Shown here piece after piece: positions 8,655 through 19,910 of a stretch of DNA of 35,991 nt. A model generated the notes under the pieces. It worked only from the letters and a program-made list of their open reading frames with translations, was not told the DNA's origin and ran no database searches. Made by a program: the position numbers and the translations under genes. Positions within the stretch are counted from its first letter, which is position 1; each line of letters begins with the position of its first letter. The stretch comes from an uncultured Actinomycetes bacterium (GTDB lineage: Bacteria > Actinomycetota > Actinomycetes > Nanopelagicales > Nanopelagicaceae): the NCBI GenBank assembly GCA_964343655.1, contig CAYFKK010000001.1, forward strand, positions 1-35,991, in the 5' to 3' direction.

Positions 8655-11492
8655 ATGACCGATAAGTTGATTGTTCGTGGTGCCCGCGAGCACAACTTAA
8701 AGAATGTTTCGATTGAACTTCCACGAAATAGTCTGGTTGTATTTACGGGTTTATCTGGCTCCGGTAAATCTTCATTAGCTTTTGACACCATATTTGCCGA
8801 AGGCCAGCGTCGATATGTTGAATCTTTATCGGCATATGCCAGACAATTTTTGGGGCAGATGGATAAGCCGGATGTTGATTTCATTGAAGGTTTATCGCCA
8901 GCAGTTTCAATTGATCAAAAATCTACAAATCGAAATCCACGATCGACTGTTGGGACTATCACTGAAGTTTATGACTATCTTCGACTTTTGTTTTCAAGAG
9001 CCGGCCGTCCACATTGTCCAAAATGCGGAGCCGAAGTTACTCGCCAAACTCCACAAGCAATAGTCGATCAAATCTTGGCATTATCTGTTGGCACAAAATT
9101 TCAAGTGTTAGCACCAATTGTGCGTGCGCGTAAAGGGGAATTCATTGATCTATGGGGAGAATTAACTACCCAAGGTTTCTCCCGTGCGCGAGTCGATGGG
9201 AAAACCATCCAATTAACAGAACCACCTAAGTTAAAAAAACAAGAAAAACACACCATCGAAGTTGTTGTTGATCGATTATCTGTAAAGCCGGAATCAAAAT
9301 CTCGAATCACAGATTCAATCGAGACCGCGCTAAAACTGGCAAACGGAATTGTGGTCTTGGATGTGATCGATGCCGACGAGTTAGTATTCAGCGAACATTT
9401 GGCTTGTCATGATTGCGGTCTATCTTTTGAAGAGTTCGAGCCGCGCAGTTTCTCTTTTAATTCACCTTTCGGCGCCTGTCCTGAATGCACTGGAATTGGT
9501 TCAAAATTAGAAGTAGATCAAGAATTAGTTATTCCAAATGATTCGCTATCAATTAACGATGGCGCAATTGCTCCATGGTCAGGTGGTACAAGTAGTGAAT
9601 ATTTCAATCGGTTATTAGAAGGATTAGCTGCAGACGTTAAATTCTCATTAGACACTCCCTGGAAACGAATATCCGAAAAAGCTAAAGTAGCAATTCTTCA
9701 TGGTTACGAGTACGAAGTTCATGTTAAATTTAAAAATCGATATGGCCGAGTTCGAAATTATTCGACTGGCTTTGAAGGTGTTATTCCGTTTATCGAGCGT
9801 CGCCACGCTGAAACAGATAGCGATTACAGCCGGGATAAATATGAAGCCTATATGCGTGAAACGCCGTGTCCGGCGTGTAAAGGTGCGCGATTAAAACCTG
9901 AAATTCTTGCCGTAACCATCGGTGGAAAATCAATTTCTGAGGTTTGTGAATTATCAATTGCCGATTGTGCAAGTTTCTTGAGAGAGATCAAATTAAACGA
10001 CCGAGAAATGAAAATTGCTGAACGGGTATTAAAGGAAGTTCATGCTCGGTTAGGTTTCTTGCTAGATGTCGGATTGGATTATTTAACCTTAGCCAGAGCT
10101 GCCGCGACTTTATCTGGTGGCGAAGCTCAAAGAATTCGCCTAGCAACCCAAATTGGTTCTGGTTTAGTCGGAGTGCTTTATGTATTGGACGAACCAAGTA
10201 TTGGGTTACACCAACGTGACAATCGACGATTAATCGAAACTTTAACAAGGTTGCGAAATTTGGGTAATACCTTGATTGTGGTCGAACACGATGAAGAAAC
10301 AATAAGAACAGCTGATTGGATTGTAGATATCGGACCAGGCGCAGGTGAGCATGGTGGAAAAGTTGTCGTTTCTGGCAATTACGAATCGCTTATTTCTAAT
10401 AAGGAATCCATAACTGGTGCATATCTTTCGGGGCGAAGAGCAATTGAGATTCCTAAAAAACGACGCCCATTTGATTCAAAGCGTAAATTGACGGTAAAAG
10501 GTGCTCGAGAAAATAATCTTAAAGATATCGAAGTTGATATCCCACTTGGCGCTTTCGTCGCCGTAACGGGCGTGAGTGGCTCTGGCAAGTCAACTTTAGT
10601 TAATGACATTCTCTATTCAACCTTGGCGAATAAATTAAATGGAGCCCGAATTGTTCCTGGTCGTCACAAGAGTGTTCTTGGTATAGATCTATTAGACAAG
10701 GTTGTGCACGTTGATCAATCGCCAATTGGTAGAACGCCACGATCAAATCCTGCAACCTACACTGGAGTTTTCGATAAAGTTCGAGCTCTTTTTGCAGAAA
10801 CAACAGAGGCAAAAGTTCGTGGCTACCAACAAGGTCGATTTTCTTTTAACGTAAAAGGTGGCCGATGCGAAAATTGTGCTGGTGATGGCACAATCACTAT
10901 TGAAATGAATTTTCTTCCTGATGTTTATGTACCGTGCGAAGTTTGTCATGGCGCGAGGTATAACCGCGAAACTTTAGAAGTTCATTACAAAGGTAAAACA
11001 ATTGCCGAAATTTTGGATCTACCAATCGAAGAGGCGCATGCTTTCTTTGAATCAGTTCCGGCAATTGCTCGTTATCTAAAAACTTTATGCGATGTTGGCC
11101 TTGGTTATGTGCGGTTAGGGCAGTCGGCACCAACGCTATCTGGTGGCGAAGCGCAACGAGTTAAATTAGCAACGGAACTACAACGCCGATCTACTGGTAG
11201 AACCATCTATGTTCTCGATGAACCAACTACTGGATTACATTTTGAAGATGTCAATAAATTGCTAGTAGTTTTAAATCGATTGGTTGATGGCGGAAACACC
11301 GTTGTAGTTATTGAACATAATCTGGATGTAATCAAATCGGCCGACTGGGTAATTGATATGGGACCAGAAGGTGGCCATCGAGGCGGGGAAGTTGTTGCAA
11401 CTGGAACACCTGAATCGGTATCAAAGGTTTCAGGTAGTTTCACGGGGAAATTCTTAAAAGAAATTTTGGCAAGCAACCGCAAGGCAAAATAA
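8655..11492 (+). CDS. uvrA: Excinuclease ABC subunit A
   Basis: 945 aa starting [18 protein letters not shown]. It has two ABC ATPase modules (GLSGSGKSS and GVSGSGKST; LSGGEAQR twice) and zinc-finger Cys clusters (CPKCG, CHDCG...[12 protein letters not shown]...CEVCHG). Confidence 0.95.
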   Translation: MTDKLIVRGAREHNLKNVSIELPRNSLVVFTGLSGSGKSSLAFDTIFAEGQRRYVESLSAYARQFLGQMDKPDVDFIEGLSPAVSIDQKSTNRNPRSTVGTITEVYDYLRLLFSRAGRPHCPKCGAEVTRQTPQAIVDQILALSVGTKFQVLAPIVRARKGEFIDLWGELTTQGFSRARVDGKTIQLTEPPKLKKQEKHTIEVVVDRLSVKPESKSRITDSIETALKLANGIVVLDVIDADELVFSEHLACHDCGLSFEEFEPRSFSFNSPFGACPECTGIGSKLEVDQELVIPNDSLSINDGAIAPWSGGTSSEYFNRLLEGLAADVKFSLDTPWKRISEKAKVAILHGYEYEVHVKFKNRYGRVRNYSTGFEGVIPFIERRHAETDSDYSRDKYEAYMRETPCPACKGARLKPEILAVTIGGKSISEVCELSIADCASFLREIKLNDREMKIAERVLKEVHARLGFLLDVGLDYLTLARAAATLSGGEAQRIRLATQIGSGLVGVLYVLDEPSIGLHQRDNRRLIETLTRLRNLGNTLIVVEHDEETIRTADWIVDIGPGAGEHGGKVVVSGNYESLISNKESITGAYLSGRRAIEIPKKRRPFDSKRKLTVKGARENNLKDIEVDIPLGAFVAVTGVSGSGKSTLVNDILYSTLANKLNGARIVPGRHKSVLGIDLLDKVVHVDQSPIGRTPRSNPATYTGVFDKVRALFAETTEAKVRGYQQGRFSFNVKGGRCENCAGDGTITIEMNFLPDVYVPCEVCHGARYNRETLEVHYKGKTIAEILDLPIEEAHAFFESVPAIARYLKTLCDVGLGYVRLGQSAPTLSGGEAQRVKLATELQRRSTGRTIYVLDEPTTGLHFEDVNKLLVVLNRLVDGGNTVVVIEHNLDVIKSADWVIDMGPEGGHRGGEVVATGTPESVSKVSGSFTGKFLKEILASNRKAK

Positions 11493-13357
11493 TGCCAGCT
11501 AGTTTTAAACCTGAAAACATTCCGGCCGAGCCAGGTGTCTATCGGTTTTATGACAAAGATGACCAAATTCTTTATGTGGGCAAAGCGCTGAATTTGAAAA
11601 ATCGACTTGGTTCATACTTTCAAGAAAATCTGCCCGAACGAACTGATCGAATGGTAACTCAATCTACAAGAGTCGATTGGACCATTGTAGATTCAGAAAT
11701 TGAGGCACTACAACTCGAATTTTCTTGGATTAAACAATATCGACCACCATTTAACGTCAGGTTTCGAGATGATAAAAGTTATCCATATTTGGCTCTTTCG
11801 GTTAATGAGAAATTTCCCAAATTATTCATAACCAGAAGAGAGCGAGTTAAGGGGATCAACTATTACGGTCCTTATATCCAACCACGGGCTTTGCGATCAA
11901 CTTTTGACACGCTATTAAAAATCTTTCCAGTTCGTAGCTGCACAAATTCAAATTTTGACCGAGCAAAAAATAATAAGCGCCAATGCCTGCTCGGTGATAT
12001 CGGAAAATGCTCCGCACCTTGTGTTGGTTGGATTGACGAAACCGGCCATCGAGAAATTGTTAAGAAGTTAGATAAATTCCTTTCGTCCGGAAGTCATGAT
12101 TTGGTCCCATTGCTTACCAACGAAATGAATGAAGCGAGCAAGAACCAAGAATATGAACGAGCCGCTAGATTGCGCGATCAAATTTCTGCTTTAGAAACCT
12201 CTCTAGAATCAAGCGACGCAGCACTCTCAGAGACGATAAATGCAGATGTGGTCTCGCTTTATTCAGAGGGGCTACATACCGCAGCTTCAATTTTCAAGGT
12301 GAGAGCTGGTGCAATCCGTGGCTCAAGAAGTTGGGTGTTAAATCAGAAAGAAGTTCTAGAAGATGAAGACGAAATAACACCATTACTTCTTGAAATTTAT
12401 TCAAATGAATCCGATTGTCCATCGGAATTGATAGTTAATCGCAAACCCGATGAATCAATTGGTGAACTATTGAAAATTAACATCAAGCTACCGCAACGTG
12501 GTGAAAAATTTGACCTTTCTAAGACGGTAGAACGAAATGCCAGGTATGCTTTAATTCAATATTTAAGTAAACGCTCGAAGGACGCAGCGGTTAGTGGTCG
12601 AGCGTTAACCCAGTTACAAGAGGCGCTGAATTTGGAGAGTGCGCCGCTTAGAATCGAATGTTTTGATATTTCAAATATTTCTGGGACAACTGTCGTTGCC
12701 TCCATGGTGGTTTTTGAGGATGGACAAGCGAAAAAGAGCGATTATCGAAGGTTCATAATCAATCGTGGTCCAGGTCCAATCGATGACTCTAGATCGATGC
12801 ACCAGGTAATAACTCGGAGAATGAAAAGATGGCTACAAGATCAAGAAGCTGAAATTGGTGAAACGCCTGGCAAGTTTTCCTATACTCCAAATTTGATTGT
12901 CGTTGATGGCGGAATTCCGCAAGTTAATGCTGCCGAACGCGCATTGTTAGAACTTGGGATTTCTGATTTACCATTAATTGGTTTAGCGAAACGGTTAGAA
13001 GAAGTTTGGTTACCGCATGCCAAAACTCCAATTGTTTTGCCTCGAAATAGCGATGGGCTCTATTTATTGCAACAACTCAGGGATGAAGCTCATCGTTTTG
13101 CGATCACCTTCCATCGCTCGCGCAGATCCAAATTAATGCTTGAATCAGTTTTAGACGAGGTGGCAACGCTTGGTCCAGCACGGCGCGCAGCTCTCCTAGA
13201 TCGATATGGTTCAGTGGCAGCTATTAAAAAGGCTTCCGTTGAAGATATCGCAAAAACTCCAGGAATCGGCGACCGGTTAGCGCAAATTATTCATGACCAT
13301 CTTCTAGCAAGTTATGAAAAAGTTGATATGGAAACTGGAGAGATTTTAGATGCTTGA
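11492..13357 (+). CDS. uvrC: Excinuclease ABC subunit C
   Basis: 621 aa with an N-terminal GIY-YIG domain (GVYRFYDKDDQILYVGKALNLKNR), a UVR motif (EYERAARLRDQISAL), an endonuclease V-like domain and a C-terminal HhH region (IAKTPGIG). Its ATG overlaps the uvrA TAA as TAATG. Confidence 0.93.
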   Translation: MPASFKPENIPAEPGVYRFYDKDDQILYVGKALNLKNRLGSYFQENLPERTDRMVTQSTRVDWTIVDSEIEALQLEFSWIKQYRPPFNVRFRDDKSYPYLALSVNEKFPKLFITRRERVKGINYYGPYIQPRALRSTFDTLLKIFPVRSCTNSNFDRAKNNKRQCLLGDIGKCSAPCVGWIDETGHREIVKKLDKFLSSGSHDLVPLLTNEMNEASKNQEYERAARLRDQISALETSLESSDAALSETINADVVSLYSEGLHTAASIFKVRAGAIRGSRSWVLNQKEVLEDEDEITPLLLEIYSNESDCPSELIVNRKPDESIGELLKINIKLPQRGEKFDLSKTVERNARYALIQYLSKRSKDAAVSGRALTQLQEALNLESAPLRIECFDISNISGTTVVASMVVFEDGQAKKSDYRRFIINRGPGPIDDSRSMHQVITRRMKRWLQDQEAEIGETPGKFSYTPNLIVVDGGIPQVNAAERALLELGISDLPLIGLAKRLEEVWLPHAKTPIVLPRNSDGLYLLQQLRDEAHRFAITFHRSRRSKLMLESVLDEVATLGPARRAALLDRYGSVAAIKKASVEDIAKTPGIGDRLAQIIHDHLLASYEKVDMETGEILDA

Positions 13358-13378
13358 CACCCAAGGCATGATGTAGCC

Positions 13379-14230
13379 ATGAGCGAACGTAAAGTACTCA
13401 TCCTTACTGGGATGTCTGGTGCTGGTCGATCGACGGTAGCGCATGCGTTAGAAGATTCTGGATGGTACGTAGTTGATAATTTACCTCCGGCGTTGTTACC
13501 AGATTTACTTACCAAAAGTGAAAGTGTGCCGGCATTAGCAGTGGTGGTCGACGTTCGCGGTGGCAAATTTTTTGATGACTTAAATAGCGCTCTGGAAACT
13601 TTAAATGCTAAGTCGCTCTCATATCAATTGTTATTTTTAGACGCCAGCGATCAGGCCTTGGTCCAGAGATTTGAAGCGACGCGCAGGCCGCATCCTTTGC
13701 AAAAAGATGATCGAATCTTAGATGGAATTTTGCGGGAGCGAACCAAGTTAGAGAATTTGAGAGCCTCAGCCGATGTTGTAATTGATAGCAGCGGATTAAA
13801 TGTTCATCAACTTGAAAAAAGAGTTGCTGAAACTTTTGGTGGGGGAAGTAACCCAACAATTCGAATAAATGTTTTAAGTTTCGGTTACAAGTACGGCATT
13901 CCAGTAGATGCAGATTTGGTTCTAGATTGCAGATTCATTCCTAACCCACACTGGGTTCCAGAACTTAGACAATTAACTGGGTTGACTGCCGAAGTAGCAA
14001 ATTACGTTTTTGATCAACCCGAAGTAACTGAAGTGGTCGAAAAGTATGTGGGCTTGCTTAAAACTTTAAGCAAAGGTTACTTAAGAGAAGGAAAGAAATT
14101 TGTCACTTTGGCAGTTGGCTGCACAGGTGGAAAACATCGCAGCGTTGCGATAGCTGAAAAGATAGCAACCGAACTAAATAAGAAAGAGATTTCAACTAAG
14201 GCGATTCACCGAGATCTTGGTCGGGAATAA
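13379..14230 (+). CDS. rapZ: RNase adapter protein RapZ / YvcJ-type P-loop NTPase
   Basis: 283 aa with VLILTGMSGAGRSTVAHALED and DNLPPALLP. The C-terminal CTGGKHRSVAIAE motif is characteristic of RapZ/YvcJ. The gene occupies the conserved position after uvrC. Confidence 0.85.
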   Translation: MSERKVLILTGMSGAGRSTVAHALEDSGWYVVDNLPPALLPDLLTKSESVPALAVVVDVRGGKFFDDLNSALETLNAKSLSYQLLFLDASDQALVQRFEATRRPHPLQKDDRILDGILRERTKLENLRASADVVIDSSGLNVHQLEKRVAETFGGGSNPTIRINVLSFGYKYGIPVDADLVLDCRFIPNPHWVPELRQLTGLTAEVANYVFDQPEVTEVVEKYVGLLKTLSKGYLREGKKFVTLAVGCTGGKHRSVAIAEKIATELNKKEISTKAIHRDLGRE

Positions 14231-14236
14231 CTCTTC

Positions 14237-15199
14237 ATGGAGTTCTTGGATTTCAGGCAATTAAAAGTTGTAGCACTCGGCGGGGGACACGGTTTGGCCG
14301 CAACTCTTTCGGCGTTACGTCAATTAACTTCAGAAATCACCGCAGTAGTTACGGTAGCCGATAATGGTGGATCGAGTGGACGATTGCGCAAAGAATTTTC
14401 AATCATGCCGCCAGGTGATTTACGGATGGCGTTAACCGCTTTATGTAGCGACGATGAATGGGGTCGGAGCTGGGCTGAAATATTGCAGTATCGATTTACG
14501 AGTGAGGGTGAATTGAATGGCCACGCGATCGGAAATTTACTTTTAGCGGCGCTATGGGATCGGGACGCGGATACCGTCGCTGGCTTGGATCGAGTTGGTT
14601 CATTACTTCGCGTGGTCGGTCGAGTTTTACCGATGGCATCGGAACCATTGGAAATTGAAGGAACTTTCATAACTTCTGTTGGTCGAATCGTTGTTCGTGG
14701 GCAGAAAGAAGTTGCAACGGCAAAAGGTAAATTAGACTCAATTAAATTAATCCCCGAACGACCACATTCCCACGCTGAGACGATTTCAGCAATTTTAAAT
14801 GCTGATGTAATAACGATGGGTCCAGGATCTTGGTTGACAAGTGTTCTACCTCATTTAATGGTTCCCGCTCAGCGCGAAGTGATAGCTAAAAGTAAGGCGA
14901 AAAAACTTTTGCTTTTAAATTTAGATGCGCATCCAGAAATTTCTGGCGATGAATATGCCGGTTATACACCTGAGGAACACCTCCAATTACTCCACTCATA
15001 TGCGCCAGAAATTCGATTCGATTACGTGGTGGCTGATCAGAACGGCATCCGGGATAAAGTTGAACTTGAGACTATGGTTCGAGAAATTGGCGGAAAGCTA
15101 GTGATTTCCGACCTACGCAAGGTTCCAGGTGGAATTCATCACGATATTGGAAAATTAATTTCTACTTTCAGCCACATTTTCGAAGAAATTTTGGTTTGA
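14237..15199 (+). CDS. yvcK: YvcK/CuvA-family gluconeogenesis factor (CofD-like, UPF0052)
   Basis: 320 aa with [14 protein letters not shown] and [15 protein letters not shown] motifs. It occupies the conserved rapZ-yvcK-whiA position. Confidence 0.8.
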   Translation: MEFLDFRQLKVVALGGGHGLAATLSALRQLTSEITAVVTVADNGGSSGRLRKEFSIMPPGDLRMALTALCSDDEWGRSWAEILQYRFTSEGELNGHAIGNLLLAALWDRDADTVAGLDRVGSLLRVVGRVLPMASEPLEIEGTFITSVGRIVVRGQKEVATAKGKLDSIKLIPERPHSHAETISAILNADVITMGPGSWLTSVLPHLMVPAQREVIAKSKAKKLLLLNLDAHPEISGDEYAGYTPEEHLQLLHSYAPEIRFDYVVADQNGIRDKVELETMVREIGGKLVISDLRKVPGGIHHDIGKLISTFSHIFEEILV

Positions 15200-15206
15200 T
15201 ACCGCC

Positions 15207-16184
15207 GTGGCGATGACACCAAGTGTAAAAGACGAATTAACTCGACTAACCGTCTCAAAGCCATGTTGCCGCAAAGCGGAAGTATCTGCTTTATTGCGAT
15301 TTGCTGGTGGGCTTCATGTTGTAGCGGGTCGAATTGTTGTCGAAGTTGAATTAGATGCTGCGCAATCTGCCCGTCGATTGCGAAAAGATATCTCGGAAAT
15401 TTATGGCCATGAAAGCGACCTTGCCGTAATTTCATCAAGTGGATTACGCAAAGGATCAAGATATGTAGTTCGCGTTGTCAACGATGGGGAAGCGCTTGCA
15501 CGCCAAACTGGTTTAGTAGATTCAAATTCCAGACCAATTCGCGGACTGCCACCGCAAGTAGTTAATGGTTCAATTTGTGATGCTGAAGCTGCATGGCGCG
15601 GCGCATTTATCGCACATGGGTCACTTACCGAACCTGGCCGTTCCTCTTCGTTAGAAATCACCTGCCCAGGACCAGAAGCCGCTTTGGCATTAGTTGGAGC
15701 AGCGCGCCGATTGGGTATTACCGCAAAAGCGCGCGAAGTTCGAGGTGTTGATCGCGTAGTTATTCGTGACGGTGATGCAATTGGAGTTTTACTTACTCGA
15801 CTTGGAGCTCACGAAAGTGTTATGGCATGGGAAGAGCGGAGAATGCGTCGAGAAGTTAGAGCGACAGCAAATCGTTTAGCAAATTTTGATGATGCAAATT
15901 TACGTCGCTCAGCAAGAGCAGCGGTGGCTGCATCGGCGCGGGTACAACGCGCGATGGAAATACTTGGCGAAACTATTCCAAAACATTTATTGGAAGCAGG
16001 AGAGCTTCGTGTTACTCATGGACAAGCGAGCCTAGAAGAACTTGGATCATTAGCAACTCCGCCAATGACAAAAGATGCAATCGCCGGAAGAATTCGAAGA
16101 TTATTGGCGATGGCGGATAAACGTGCCGCTGAATTAGGAATTCCAGATACCGAGGCTGGGCTTTCACCCGATTTGCTCGGCTAG
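15207..16184 (+). CDS. whiA: DNA-binding sporulation/cell-division regulator WhiA
   Basis: 325 aa. It starts with [11 protein letters not shown]...[16 protein letters not shown], has a degenerate LAGLIDADG-like middle region, and ends in a C-terminal HTH ([27 protein letters not shown]). The start is either GTG 15207 or ATG 15213. Confidence 0.9.
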   Translation: MAMTPSVKDELTRLTVSKPCCRKAEVSALLRFAGGLHVVAGRIVVEVELDAAQSARRLRKDISEIYGHESDLAVISSSGLRKGSRYVVRVVNDGEALARQTGLVDSNSRPIRGLPPQVVNGSICDAEAAWRGAFIAHGSLTEPGRSSSLEITCPGPEAALALVGAARRLGITAKAREVRGVDRVVIRDGDAIGVLLTRLGAHESVMAWEERRMRREVRATANRLANFDDANLRRSARAAVAASARVQRAMEILGETIPKHLLEAGELRVTHGQASLEELGSLATPPMTKDAIAGRIRRLLAMADKRAAELGIPDTEAGLSPDLLG

Positions 16185-16250
16185 TTGACGCCGATTAAAC
16201 TTAGACTTCGTACCCCAATGTTGTGGTGGATTTCAATATTTAATTTTTAG

Positions 16251-17263
<1,013 letters not shown>

Positions 17264-17264
<1 letters not shown>

Positions 17265-18451
17265 TGACCAAACTTGAAGATCTCGCAGTTGCTAACAAGC
17301 GAGTTTTTCTCCGATGTGATCTAAACGTTCCGCTTAAAGACGGTGTTATAACGGACGATGGTCGAATTCGTGCTTCAATTCCGACGATTGATTTGCTGCT
17401 AAAAAATGGCGCTTCGATTGTAATCGCTGCTCACTTAGGAAGACCAAAAGGTGAGGCAAAACCAGAACTTTCTCTTTCGCCAATTGCTCACCGATTAGCA
17501 GAGTTATTAAATCGTCCAGTTAATTTCGCTGGGGGAATTACTGGCCCAGATATTGAAGCAAAAGCAGCAGCGCTAAAGCCTGGCGAAATTTTGATGCTCG
17601 AAAATATTCGCTATAGCCCAGCCGAAACAAGCAAAGATGAATCTGAGCGCCAGGCACTTGCGAACGAATTGGCGAAATTAGCAGACCTATATGTTGGTGA
17701 TGGTTTCGGCGCAGTTCACCGAAAGCACGCATCAGTATTTGATTTGGCAAAACTTCTGCCAAATGCCGCCGGAAAACTTGTGGCCGGCGAGGTCGAAGTA
17801 TTAAAAAAATTGACCGTTAATCCAGAGCGGCCATATGGAGTTGTTTTAGGTGGCGCAAAAGTTTCAGACAAGCTTGGCGTAATTGAAAACTTGCTCGGAA
17901 AAGTAAATGTTTTGGCAATCGGCGGCGGCATGGTGTTCACCTTCTTAAAAGCACAAGGATTGGAAATCGGTAAATCTCTAGTTGAAGATGAAATGATTGA
18001 GACCGTTAAAAATTTGATACAAACTGCAAAAACTAAGGGCGTTGAATTAATTCTGCCAACCGACATTGTGGTTGCACCAGCATTTTCCGCAGATTCAGAA
18101 GCAACCATAGTTTCAGCAAATGCAATTCCGGCTGATCAAATGGGTTTAGATATTGGTCCGGAATCAGCTAAAAAATTTGCTGCAGCAATTGCAAAATGTC
18201 GAACAGTTTTTTGGAATGGTCCAATGGGGGTATTTGAATTTCCAGCCTTTGCAAACGGAACTAGAGAGGTCGCATCTGCATTGACCAGAGTAACTGGCAT
18301 TTCGGTAGTTGGCGGCGGCGATTCGGCTGCAGCGGTTCGCGCTTTGGGATTTAAAGATTCCGAATTTGGTTATATTTCAACTGGTGGCGGAGCTTCACTT
18401 GAATATTTAGAGGGAAAAGAGTTGCCGGGACTAACGGCGCTAGGTTTTTAA
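17264..18451 (+). CDS. pgk: Phosphoglycerate kinase
   Basis: 395 aa with [25 protein letters not shown] and [13 protein letters not shown]. Its ATG overlaps the gap TAA as TAATG. Confidence 0.95.
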
Positions 18452-18469
18452 GGTTTTTAAGGTTTTTAA
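18443..18469. repeat. Perfect 3 x 9-bp tandem repeat (GGTTTTTAA)3 spanning the pgk stop codon
   Basis: The copies lie at 18443-18451, 18452-18460 and 18461-18469. The first TAA is the pgk stop, and the 9-bp period keeps the next two TAAs in the pgk frame. Confidence 0.95.
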
Positions 18470-18485
18470 ATAAGAGGAGCGGAAA

Positions 18486-19268
18486 ATGCGTAAACCATTA
18501 ATGGCTGGTAATTGGAAGATGAACCTCAATCATCTCGAAGCAATTGCTGTCGCACAAAAACTGGTTTATAGCTTGGATGATAAAGATTATGACGCAGTTG
18601 ATATCGCCGTTCTGCCGCCTTTTACCGATATTAGGTCAATTCAAACATTGGTAGATGGGGATCGGTTACGCCTTCAATATGGCGCACAAGATTTGTCACC
18701 CGAAGCAAGTGGCGCGTTCACTGGCGATATCTCAGGCAGCATGTTGGCTAAATTAGGTTGCACTTATGTTGCCGTCGGCCACAGCGAACGACGGACGATT
18801 CACCATGAAGATGATCAATTGATAAACAAAAAAATTAAAGCGGCTTTAGCAAATGAATTAATTCCAATATTTTGCGTTGGCGAAGAGTTAGTTATTCGTG
18901 AATCGGGAACCCACGTAGCACATGTGGTAAATCAGGTGAAAAATGGTTTAGCTGGATTTCATAAGCCAGACTTAAAGAAAATAGTGATTGCCTATGAACC
19001 GGTATGGGCGATTGGAACTGGAAAAACTGCCACTCCAGAAGATGCTCAAGAAGTATGTTTTGAAATTCGAAATGCAATTAAGGAGATTGGGTCAGCAGAG
19101 ATTGCACAGAACATGAGAATTTTGTATGGAGGCTCAGTTAAGTCATCAAACGTAGTTGAAATCATGGCGCAACCAGATGTGGATGGTGCACTTGTTGGCG
19201 GTGCAAGCCTAGATCCAGAGGAATTTGCCAAAATTGCAAAGTTTCATAACGCCAAGAGTGGCGAATAA
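18486..19268 (+). CDS. tpiA: Triose-phosphate isomerase
   Basis: 260 aa with [26 protein letters not shown] and GGASL. A GAGGAG Shine-Dalgarno lies just upstream. Confidence 0.93.
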   Translation: MRKPLMAGNWKMNLNHLEAIAVAQKLVYSLDDKDYDAVDIAVLPPFTDIRSIQTLVDGDRLRLQYGAQDLSPEASGAFTGDISGSMLAKLGCTYVAVGHSERRTIHHEDDQLINKKIKAALANELIPIFCVGEELVIRESGTHVAHVVNQVKNGLAGFHKPDLKKIVIAYEPVWAIGTGKTATPEDAQEVCFEIRNAIKEIGSAEIAQNMRILYGGSVKSSNVVEIMAQPDVDGALVGGASLDPEEFAKIAKFHNAKSGE

Positions 19269-19274
19269 ACGCGA

Positions 19275-19280
19275 TAGAAT
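19275..19280 (+). promoter_or_regulatory. Candidate -10 element (TAGAAT) upstream of secG, with a short leader
   Basis: TAGAAT lies 8 nt before the AAGGAG Shine-Dalgarno (19289-19294) and 19 nt before the ATG at 19300. No convincing -35 is seen. Confidence 0.2.
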
Positions 19281-19299
19281 CTGGCCTTAAGGAGTTTAA

Positions 19300-19527
19300 A
19301 TGAAACTAGCTATTTCGATTATTCTGATCATTACAAGTTTGTTGATGATCATGCTGGTCCTTTTACACAAAGGGAAGGGCGCCGGGCTATCTGATTTATT
19401 CGGCGGCGGAATTTCTTCATCATATGGCGGTTCCTCAGTAGTTGAACGCAACTTAGACCGGATCACGATTGTTGTTGGTGGACTTTGGTTTGCCTCTGTA
19501 GTAGCTCTTGGTTTATTACTTAAATAA
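19300..19527 (+). CDS. secG: Preprotein translocase subunit SecG
   Basis: 75 aa with two hydrophobic helices flanking LLHKGKGAGLSDLFGGG, the SecG hallmark. It occupies the conserved position after tpiA. Confidence 0.8.
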   Translation: MKLAISIILIITSLLMIMLVLLHKGKGAGLSDLFGGGISSSYGGSSVVERNLDRITIVVGGLWFASVVALGLLLK

Positions 19528-19565
19528 TTTATATCGACAACTTTTTAAAGACGTAGGAGTTTTAA

Positions 19566-19910
19566 ATGGCAGGTGGCAGTGCAATTCGCGGTAGCCGAGT
19601 CGGCGCCGGGCCAATGGGTGAGGCCGAACGTGGCGAAGCTATTGAACGTTTTACGATCTCGTATTGGTGTGCAAATAACCACGAAATCAAACCGTCGTTT
19701 GCCAAAGAAGAAGGGGTAGAAATTCCCGATGAATGGGATTGCCCACGCTGTGGCTTTCCAGCAGGTCGTGACAAAAACAATCCACCTAGCCCGATGAAAA
19801 ATGAGCCATATAAAACACATTTAGCTTATGTAAAAGAGCGTCGCACACCGGCTGAAGGTGCAAAAATTTTAGAAGATGCTTTAAAAAAATTACGTGGCGA
19901 CGACGATTAA
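19566..19910 (+). CDS. rbpA: RNA polymerase-binding protein RbpA
   Basis: 114 aa with IRGSRVG near the N-terminus and zinc-ribbon ligands as in Streptomyces-type RbpA (YWCANNHE...WDCPRCG). The C-terminal sigma-interaction helix is YKTHLAYVKERRT...LEDALKKLR. An AGGAG Shine-Dalgarno is present. Confidence 0.8.
   Translation: MAGGSAIRGSRVGAGPMGEAERGEAIERFTISYWCANNHEIKPSFAKEEGVEIPDEWDCPRCGFPAGRDKNNPPSPMKNEPYKTHLAYVKERRTPAEGAKILEDALKKLRGDDD

Noticed and set aside
8655-11492. Internal similarity between the two halves of uvrA, and among livG, livF, sufC and the ABC-exporter NBDs, considered as possible repeats.
   Set aside because: These reflect the known tandem ABC-module architecture of UvrA and ordinary paralogy of ABC ATPase domains at the protein level. 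They are not DNA repeats.
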